The notes beneath the pieces are model-generated. The model was not told the origin of the DNA, searched no databases, and worked only from the letters and a program-made list of their open reading frames with translations. A DNA stretch of 63,530 nucleotides, filler included, from Chrysochromulina tobinii (taxonomy: Eukaryota): NCBI GenBank assembly GCA_001275005.1. It is 6 parts of 6 records of this genome, joined end to end, with 100 filler letters (N's around TTAATTAATTAA, not from the genome) between each part and the next. Parts side by side here need not be neighbours in the genome. Positions count along the whole stretch, not along the records: positions 56,343 to 63,530 come from JWZX01000198.1; 5 more parts are not named here. The stretch is one strand, 5' to 3'. This document shows, in pieces, positions 56,345 to 63,530 of this stretch. The stretch's first letter is position 1. Every line of letters starts with the position of its first letter. The translations under genes were made by a program, and so were the position numbers.

Positions 56345-58732
56345 CCGCCGCCATCGCCACCGCCGCCATCGCCACCGCCGCCATCACCGCCGCCTTCACC
56401 GCCGCCATCACCTCCACCATCACCACCACCACCATCCCCTCCACCTCCTTCGCCACCTCCGCCCTCGCCTCCCCCACCCAGTCCTCCACCACCTTCTCCT
56501 CCTCCCCCCTCGCCTCCGCCGCCCTCGCCACCACCCTCTCCTCCGCCATCGTCCCCACCTCCCGGCCCCGAGTATTGCGTGTACCACGGGCGGCAGCGGC
56601 ACATCTCGTTGCGACCGCTCAATGGTCGCCGCCATTACTGCTTTGGCGACTATGTCGAGTACGAGCTCAGTCTGCCCACGTGGCCTCCCGGCTCCACGGC
56701 ACAGTACGAAGCTCGTCACGTGCGCTCGCTGAATGCGACGATGAGCGTCCTTCTTTCGGAAGATCGCTCGCAACTGATGCGCAGCGTGCACGAATACCGC
56801 CACCAGTCCTACGTGCTCACGCTGCGCTATGAGGCGCTCCAGTCAGGATGGGCTTTTGAGGAGACGATGCGCTTCGTCGAGGATCTTCCTCGCCCTGGGT
56901 ACATTGGTCGCCATTCCTTTGTACGCGAAAACCTCCCATTCCTTCCCAACGAGCAGCTGACCATCACGCTCGTCCAGGCGGATTGGGAGGGCGTGATATT
57001 TGGTGATTGGCGCAGCATGCATGGAGTGATCGAAAGCCTCGAGATGTGTGGAGCCATCCCGTCGCCACCTCCACCGCCCTCACCGCCGCCGCCCTCGCCA
57101 CCTCCATCACCGCCCCCACCAAGCCCGCCACCGCCCTCACCTCCGCCCTCGCCACCGCCTCCCTCGCCACCACCGCCATCCCCGCCTCCCTCTCCACCAC
57201 CTCCTTCGCCGCCGCCGCCGTCCCCGCCGCCGCCAAGCCCCCCACCGCCGTCGCCTCCACCTTCCCCGCCGCCACCGTCGCCTCCGCCTCCTTCACCGCC
57301 ACCGCCGAGCCCCCCACCTCCGTCTCCGCCGCCATCGCCACCACCGCCCTCACCACCTCCACCCTCACCACCACCATCGCCTCCACCTCCCTCGCCCCCA
57401 CCACCTTCTCCTCCACCCTCGCCACCAGCGCCACCTCAGCCACCGCCGTCACCACCTCCCAACTGCATCGGCTACGGCAGCGATCCTCATTACCCAGGAT
57501 CCGATGGTGGAGCCATCCACCTACGTCTCCTCCAGCCTCCGGTACTCGCCGCTCCGACGGCGTTGTACAATGCTCGGTACGATCTCTCAGGTCTCCTCCG
57601 CATCTACCTAAACGCGGACCACTACACCATCTACCCGAAGGGCGTGCAGCAAGACTACTCGGTGCAGGTGCGCGCGCGAGCGAGCATCAGCGGTGGCAGC
57701 TTTACCTTTAGCCTCACTGCAAGCGCGCCCTCGCCACGCTTCCAATACATCGGCGAGACTACCTTTAACGGTGGCTTTGATCTCGTCAAGAATGAGCGCG
57801 TCGAGTTCAGTCTCATCCGGGCCCGCTGGGCATGGAGCGTAGACTATGGCCGCACCGACTCGCCCGAAGTAGAAGCGGACGTCAGGGAACTTGCCCTGTG
57901 TGCCACTCTTCGCTCTCCCGACCCCCCGCCCTCTCCACCCTATCCGCCACCCTCGCCGCCGCCGCCATCTCCGCCTCCGTCTCCGCCACCACCCTCACCA
58001 CCGCCACCCTCACCACCGCCCTCGCCACCGCCCTCGCCACCGCCCTCGCCGCCGCCACCCTCACCCCCACCCCCGTCGCCACCACCCACACCGCCACCGC
58101 CCTCGCCTCCTCCGCCCTCGCCGCCGCCCTCGCCGCCGCCCTCACCACCGCCCTCGCCTCCCCCCTCACCGCCGCCTCCAGCGAGAACAATACTCGATAC
58201 CTCGTCGCCCCGCGGCGATCCGAATTGGATCTGTCGCTCGATCAACCCCGATTACACCCTGAACTGTGATAGCGTCACCTATCCGCGTGCCGACGGCCTG
58301 CTGCCGGTGCGCTTCCTAGGCACATGGGATCTCCACGTGCGCATGCGCGCGTACAATCGGAATGGCAATTTCCGCACGACGGCCCCGTATCGGATCGTGC
58401 TGCAGGCGGCGGCTCGCAACTGGGTCGTGCGCCACGACACCGGATTCATACGGGACGTGGGCGAGGAGAGGCAGTACAGTTTGTACGTGACCCACACTTG
58501 GTACAACAACACGATAGGCCCAGGCGACAACTTGACAATCACGCTCATAAGTCTGTCGCGCCAGCTCAGCAGCTTCTGGCCTGACTTTTCAATGCAACTG
58601 ACCCGGATATGGCTGACGGCCAACGTATCGTCTGAGCAGGTCAATCCGAGCTACTGGTCGTGGCTCTACGGTGCTGAGAATTATGAGTCGCCGAGTCCGC
58701 CACCGCCGCCGTTCAGAACTGTGTGGCGGTAG
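56345..58732 (+). CDS. Extensin-like (SP3-4) glycoprotein with three globular domains; 5' truncated
   Basis: Open frame from the contig edge; three SPPP(P) stalks alternate with aromatic-rich domains of about 150 aa. Confidence 0.8.
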   Translation, partial: PPPSPPPPSPPPPSPPPSPPPSPPPSPPPPSPPPPSPPPPSPPPPSPPPPSPPPPSPPPPSPPPSPPPSSPPPGPEYCVYHGRQRHISLRPLNGRRHYCFGDYVEYELSLPTWPPGSTAQYEARHVRSLNATMSVLLSEDRSQLMRSVHEYRHQSYVLTLRYEALQSGWAFEETMRFVEDLPRPGYIGRHSFVRENLPFLPNEQLTITLVQADWEGVIFGDWRSMHGVIESLEMCGAIPSPPPPPSPPPPSPPPSPPPPSPPPPSPPPSPPPPSPPPPSPPPSPPPPSPPPPSPPPPSPPPPSPPPSPPPPSPPPPSPPPPSPPPPSPPPSPPPPSPPPPSPPPSPPPPSPPPPSPPPSPPAPPQPPPSPPPNCIGYGSDPHYPGSDGGAIHLRLLQPPVLAAPTALYNARYDLSGLLRIYLNADHYTIYPKGVQQDYSVQVRARASISGGSFTFSLTASAPSPRFQYIGETTFNGGFDLVKNERVEFSLIRARWAWSVDYGRTDSPEVEADVRELALCATLRSPDPPPSPPYPPPSPPPPSPPPSPPPPSPPPPSPPPSPPPSPPPSPPPPSPPPPSPPPTPPPPSPPPPSPPPSPPPSPPPSPPPSPPPPARTILDTSSPRGDPNWICRSINPDYTLNCDSVTYPRADGLLPVRFLGTWDLHVRMRAYNRNGNFRTTAPYRIVLQAAARNWVVRHDTGFIRDVGEERQYSLYVTHTWYNNTIGPGDNLTITLISLSRQLSSFWPDFSMQLTRIWLTANVSSEQVNPSYWSWLYGAENYESPSPPPPPFRTVWR

Positions 58733-58888
58733 TCTCGCATGAAGAGAAAAAGCGTCTCGTCGACAGCGCTGCGACCTTTACTTATTGGCCACTTTTTGCA
58801 GAGAAGTTTTTCGCGAAAACGCCCAACGCGACGCGCCTGTAGAAGAACTTCGGCATCGAGCGAAGCTTCGCTGAGACTCCGTCCACAA

Positions 58889-60067
58889 ATGCTGCTCCCG
58901 ACGATGGCCCTGCTGCTCTCACCGAGCGATCCATATACAGCCCGCACTGCCCATGCACGCATGCAGGCGCAGACGTCTGCTCCGATTCCGGGGTGGGATT
59001 CCGGGATGACAAACTCCTTGCCGCCGGCGAGCGCAGACAGCCCGAATCCAGTGGTTCTCGAACCTGCGGATGGCCCACTTTCGTGGGCGACAGAGTGGGA
59101 TGGCCAACGCCGTTTTGGGCAGGAGGCGCGCAAGCGCCATCTAGACGCGCAGAGTACCAACAAGCCATCGCGCGCACGTCCACTTCCGGAAGCAGAGCAG
59201 ACGCGTGCAGTGAACGCGCCGACGCGGGCTGTGCGGCGCGTTGTTTCGACGTCCGACCCGAACCCGGGAGTGGGACGGCCGCTCTCGTGGGCCACAGAGT
59301 GGGATGGCCAGCGACGCTTCGGGCCAGAGGCGCGCCCGCGTTTCGCCGGCGCGCAAAGTACCAACGAGCCGTCACGCACGCCGCCGAGGGAATCCTGGCT
59401 ATTGGGAGCACCGGCAGTCGCCGCGCCAGCACCACGGATGGAAAGCGCGCCTCGAGAATCCCTCGTTCAGCTGCGTGCGCCGCCGGAGGCAGCTTGGGGT
59501 GCACCAGCCGCCGCCGCCGCGCCAGCCGCTGCTCCTTCTGTGGCTGATGTGGCAGCCGCGGAAATGGTTTGGGCGGAAGCGCAGAAGGCGAGCGCTGTGG
59601 CGAGCGCCAGGGCGGAGGCCATCCAGCGCGAGGTAGCCCAGCCCGGCGCGCCTCCTCCGGCAGCATCACTCGCGTGGGACTCGAAGCGCCCCGTGCCCCG
59701 CGAGGCTTCGGATCCTGTTCGCATGCAGACACTCAAACTGCTCGAGGCGCGTGTGGCGCGCGCGCGCGCCGTGCTCGATGCTGCCATCGAGACGCGTGCT
59801 CGTGAGCACGCCCAGGCGGCCATCGAGGAGTACTTTGCCAATCGGATCGACGAAGTGGAGCTAAAGAGACGCAAGGAGGCGGCGTACGAGCAGGCGAGCG
59901 CCGAGCAGAAGGGAGCTCTGACGCTCGAGACCATGTATAGCACGTATGCGGCGGCAGCGGCGGCGCGCGTGGCGGCGGAGCAGTCGCTCGCCATGGCGCT
60001 CACCGCCGAGGATGAGGCTGCCAAAAAGGTCGACGAGGCGCTGCGGGCGATCGAGGAGAACTGCTGA
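58889..60067 (+). CDS. Hypothetical protein with a duplicated PLSWATEWDGQRRFG motif and C-terminal coiled coil
   Basis: Open frame; short hydrophobic N-terminus (possible targeting signal); two near-identical repeats of about 35 aa. Confidence 0.65.
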   Translation: MLLPTMALLLSPSDPYTARTAHARMQAQTSAPIPGWDSGMTNSLPPASADSPNPVVLEPADGPLSWATEWDGQRRFGQEARKRHLDAQSTNKPSRARPLPEAEQTRAVNAPTRAVRRVVSTSDPNPGVGRPLSWATEWDGQRRFGPEARPRFAGAQSTNEPSRTPPRESWLLGAPAVAAPAPRMESAPRESLVQLRAPPEAAWGAPAAAAAPAAAPSVADVAAAEMVWAEAQKASAVASARAEAIQREVAQPGAPPPAASLAWDSKRPVPREASDPVRMQTLKLLEARVARARAVLDAAIETRAREHAQAAIEEYFANRIDEVELKRRKEAAYEQASAEQKGALTLETMYSTYAAAAAARVAAEQSLAMALTAEDEAAKKVDEALRAIEENC

Positions 60068-60219
60068 GGAGCGTCGGCCGAGGGCCGCCGCAGCCACCAG
60101 TGCGACCAGTGATGCTGCCGTCCGGAGGGAAGCCTTCCTGTCTTCCTGCCAAGCATGCCGCGTGCCCCTCAAGTGTGAGAGGGGCCCCTGTGCATTGTGA
60201 ATGTGAACAGAAAAACACG

Positions 60220-61998
60220 ATGGTGACTAAAGCTTGGGTGCTCCTTCCGGCCTCTGTCTTGGGCCACGGCGCGATGGTATATCCGCAACCCCGATCTTCC
60301 AGCGGACAGGTGCTAGACGATGCAAACCGGTGCACGTGTGGCGTCAACGGCCAGAGTTGCTATAGCAGCGCCGGGTGGCCCGCTTCAGTGTACTGCGGCA
60401 CAGGTTGCATCGGCGAGTCCTGCCTCTACTACCACATTGGTTGCTTTCAGGGCTGCCGCGCGTGCTCCTACATGAACACCGACTTCGGACACCTCTACCC
60501 AACCAATGCGAGTATCGAGGCAGCAGGCTGCTCAGTGCCTCTGCCATCCCCGACCCTGGGCGGTGGCGATCCTGTGGAAGAGCGGCGGCTTCGCACATAC
60601 AACATCGATGGGGCCTCGGCGTTTGGCGATTGGACACGCGTTCATCCGTGGCGCTCTCCGGGCAGCGTCGGCCGCGACAACAATGACTTCTCTCCGTGCG
60701 GCGTCAACTCGGGAGCGAAGCCGAGCACGTTACTCCCGATGGCGCGAGCCCAGCCGCAGTTTGCCAAGGGGACTGACCTGCCGCCGCTGCCCGAATCGTC
60801 CCGAAGTTTCTGGAGAGCTGGTGGCACAGCCGAGGCCGCATGGGCCATCTACGCGAACCACGGTGGCGGCTACGCCTACCGGCTCTGCCGAAACGTTGGG
60901 AAGCGCGAGATGAGCGAGGCATGCTACCAGCAGACGCATCTAGAGTTTGCGACGGAGACGACCGAGGTGCGTTACATGGACGGCTCGCGGCCGTCCGTGT
61001 GGATCAACGCGACCACCACGAGCAAGGGCACGTGGCCGCTCGGCTCGCAATGGCGCAAGAACCCGGTGCCCATGTGCGGCTGCGATGCTGGCATAGGGTG
61101 CAAGCCGCGCTCCTCTTCCACCATCACCTCCTCGTCTTCCACCATCACCTCCTCGTCGTCTTTGTCGTCGTCCTCGGCGGCACCGCCAAACCGTGGCTCC
61201 GACGGATGCTCAGCCGCGAACCCGTACGCGTGCTACGACCGCGCGTACCCCAAGTCGTACCTAGCCGCCGGCCAGCGAGTGCCCGAGTGCCCCACCGGCC
61301 TCATGTTCCCGTCAGCATGGGCCGAGGGTGCGGGTGCGGGCGAGACGCCGCATGCCGGCGCGTTTGAGTTCATCCTCGTGGATCGGCTTCGGGTGCCCGT
61401 ACTGCCGCCGGGCGACTACTCGCTCTCTTGGCGTTGGGACTGCGAACAGACCCCACAGGTTTGGAACTCGTGCGCAGACATCACCGTGACGTCAGCCAGC
61501 GGCGGCGGCGCCGCCACGACTGATGGGCCCGGGTCTGCTGCTGCTATGCGCCACAAGCCGAAAACTCCTGGCAGCGATGGGGTTGCGCCTGCGCCACCGC
61601 CGAGGGGGCGCGCGCGCTCTGGCAATGCCTCTCTAGCGCCCTTCGACGACACCGTCTCGTGTACTGTCAGGCTTATCGCCTCTAACCCAGGCGTGTACGA
61701 GCTCGCGATGACGGGCCATGCGGCTCACCTAGGCCAGCAGAACTGCTATTTTGGCGCGACGTCCAAGTTCATCTCGGCGTTGAACACGACGCGCGACCGC
61801 TCCGGTCACTGTAGCCATGAGGCGGACTTTGCCGGCTGCTCCAATTTTGGAAACCCCTACTCATATAACTGCGTGTGCGCGTGCGTCGCCGAGGATGGGC
61901 CGGGCGAGGGCTGTGCCCTCAACTTCTCGGCCACTGTCGTTGCACGGAGCATGCCGACGTGCGAGTGCGCGTTTCCCGTTGGCCGGGCGCTAGGCTAG
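60220..61998 (+). CDS. Secreted lytic polysaccharide monooxygenase (AA10/AA15-like) with Cys-rich C-terminal domain
   Basis: Signal peptide followed by His1 (VLG|HGAMVYPQPRS), ANHGGGYAYRLC (second His) and LSWRWDCEQTPQVWNSCADI. Confidence 0.85.
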   Translation: MVTKAWVLLPASVLGHGAMVYPQPRSSSGQVLDDANRCTCGVNGQSCYSSAGWPASVYCGTGCIGESCLYYHIGCFQGCRACSYMNTDFGHLYPTNASIEAAGCSVPLPSPTLGGGDPVEERRLRTYNIDGASAFGDWTRVHPWRSPGSVGRDNNDFSPCGVNSGAKPSTLLPMARAQPQFAKGTDLPPLPESSRSFWRAGGTAEAAWAIYANHGGGYAYRLCRNVGKREMSEACYQQTHLEFATETTEVRYMDGSRPSVWINATTTSKGTWPLGSQWRKNPVPMCGCDAGIGCKPRSSSTITSSSSTITSSSSLSSSSAAPPNRGSDGCSAANPYACYDRAYPKSYLAAGQRVPECPTGLMFPSAWAEGAGAGETPHAGAFEFILVDRLRVPVLPPGDYSLSWRWDCEQTPQVWNSCADITVTSASGGGAATTDGPGSAAAMRHKPKTPGSDGVAPAPPPRGRARSGNASLAPFDDTVSCTVRLIASNPGVYELAMTGHAAHLGQQNCYFGATSKFISALNTTRDRSGHCSHEADFAGCSNFGNPYSYNCVCACVAEDGPGEGCALNFSATVVARSMPTCECAFPVGRALG

Positions 61999-62400
61999 CG
62001 GCACACCTACACGCTAGTTCTCCTTTCCGCGCCGCAAGGTGCAGCACCGTCACGCCTCGCTCGTCCGCAGCGGAGGCGAGCGATGGCGAGCGCTCGAGCA
62101 TCGTGCGCACGATGGGTCCGAGCGCGCGCAGCACCGTGTGCTTGATGCTGCTCTTATATATCGTGCGGCTCGCGTTCGGCCACGGTACGAGCGACGAGAG
62201 CTCTCCCGCCTTTAGGAAGTAGAGCGACCCTGCGGGCCGGTGCATGGCGGTGCGGCCGCCGGCGTCGACGTGCGCGAGTTCCGACGCGGAAAGTGACGAT
62301 TCCAAGGCGCGTAGGGAGGGAATGTCGCACGTGAGGGCCGCGTTGTCGAGAGCGGCGCAGTTTGTCGGCGCATCGCGACCGTCCGACCGCCAATGCGCTT
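61999..62400 (-). pseudogene. Ankyrin-repeat fragment
   Basis: DAGGRTAMH and DERGVTVLHLAARKG motifs. There is no good start, and the frame runs into the LPMO 3' end. Confidence 0.45.
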
Positions 62401-62543
62401 CCAAGTTCGCGTGATGTGCATGGTCCTGTGTTGTTAGGGGACAGGGCACATAGAGCCTAGCAGCTAGCTCACCTTTCGCAGAGCGGTCTGTTCTGAAACA
62501 ATGACAATCGCAAACGAGACGTACCAAATTTGGGTCGAGAACG

Positions 62544-63530
62544 ATGGCGTATGCCTGCGACCACGAGGGCTGCGGCAAGCGCTTCTTGCAGACGAGCGAC
62601 CTCACGAGGCACAAGCGCACGCACACGGGCGATCAGCCGTACGCCTGCGAGCACGAGGGCTGCGGCAAGCGCTTCTCAGAGTCGGGCAGCCTCACGAATC
62701 ACAAGCGCACACATACGGGCGAGCGGCCGTACGCCTGCAACCACGAGGGCTGCGGCAAGCGCTTCTCGCAGTCGGGCAGCCTCACGAATCACAAGCGCAC
62801 GCACACGGGCGACCAGCCGTTCGCCTGCGAGCACGAGGGCTGCGGCAAGCGCTTCACGGAGTCGGGCCACCTCACGAATCACAAGCGCACGCACACGGGC
62901 GATCAGCCGTACGCCTGCGAGCACGAGGGCTGCGGCAAGCGCTTCGCGGAGTCGGGCGCCCTCACGGTGCACAAGCGCAAACACACGGGCGAGCGGCCGT
63001 ACGCCTGCATCCACGAGGGCTGCGGCAAGCGCTTCTCGCAGTCGGGCCACCTCAAGAGACATATGCGCACAAGCTCGCATGGCCAGTGCAGCCACAATGC
63101 GCCGGAGCACCTGTGTGATGACATCGAGTGCGTCCAGCGGCGGGACATGTTCCGCCAGCTCGCTGTGTACTTTGGCCTGCAAGAAGCCTGCTCGCCAGCA
63201 GCGCGCCCAGCGCCTGCAATGCTCCGATCAACGCCGCAGCGCTCGGGTGACAGCAGCCGCAAGCGCCCACAGGAGGCCGAGGACTGGTACGAGGACGAGG
63301 AGGGCATGCAGCTCGCTGTGGCCCTGTCGGCCTCCGTCACAGACGCGGGCCTTCCCGATGAAAGGCAACAGCGGCGGGACGGCGGATGGGCTCGCATGCA
63401 AGGCGCTTCTTCCAGCTTCGACGTGGAGCATGCTGGCAACAGCGACGAGTTGGATGAGGTGGAGGTGGAGGTGGAATTGGAGGAGGAGGGTCCTTGCTTC
63501 GGCTGCTGCTTGGGCGGGGAAGTGACCTTG
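62544..63530 (+). CDS. C2H2 zinc-finger protein (6 tandem fingers) + UIM-like motif + possible PHD start; runs off the window
   Basis: Manually read frame not in the ORF track: (Y/F)ACxHEGCGKRFxxxxxLxxHxRxH x6 with TG(D/E)xP linkers, EDEEGMQLAVALS and terminal CFGCCLGGEVTL. Confidence 0.9.
   Translation, partial: MAYACDHEGCGKRFLQTSDLTRHKRTHTGDQPYACEHEGCGKRFSESGSLTNHKRTHTGERPYACNHEGCGKRFSQSGSLTNHKRTHTGDQPFACEHEGCGKRFTESGHLTNHKRTHTGDQPYACEHEGCGKRFAESGALTVHKRKHTGERPYACIHEGCGKRFSQSGHLKRHMRTSSHGQCSHNAPEHLCDDIECVQRRDMFRQLAVYFGLQEACSPAARPAPAMLRSTPQRSGDSSRKRPQEAEDWYEDEEGMQLAVALSASVTDAGLPDERQQRRDGGWARMQGASSSFDVEHAGNSDELDEVEVEVELEEEGPCFGCCLGGEVTL

Noticed and set aside
62501..63525. ORF-track proteins over the zinc-finger array
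   Set aside because: Wrong frames. The real C2H2 frame starts at 62544 and runs off the window.

Overview
GC-rich eukaryotic nuclear DNA, most consistent with a prymnesiophyte haptophyte (Chrysochromulina-like). This is inferred from nuclear-encoded NDUFS2/nad7, frequent GC-AG introns, SPn extensin-like proteins, eEF3 and TOP6A. The window is six contigs joined by artificial 100-nt N/TTAATTAATTAA spacers. Recognisable genes: UBE2J, TOP6A/SPO11-3, an NCX exchanger with a homopolymer frameshift, a complete two-gene PIF/Harbinger transposon with bipartite TIRs, a 14-exon EF-hand protein, an EamA transporter, a Cys-rich multi-TM protein, an MBD+CXXC+Tudor-like chromatin reader, DUF1415, a divergent myosin-LRR-TM protein, a triple methyltransferase, eEF3, an ARM/SDR locus, NDUFS2, an extensin-like protein, an LPMO and a C2H2 array protein. 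The most striking unexplained signal is a class of introns that appear to be built from tandem duplications of their own exon-exon junction. The 5' end of the intron copies the next exon, the 3' end copies the previous exon, and the interior is filled with mostly 10-11-nt microsatellites that usually read as branch-point motifs (CTGAT/CTAAT/CTCAC) on the sense strand. These introns occur in at least five genes on three contigs, including inside the transposon. All gene models were spliced by eye and have no transcript support.
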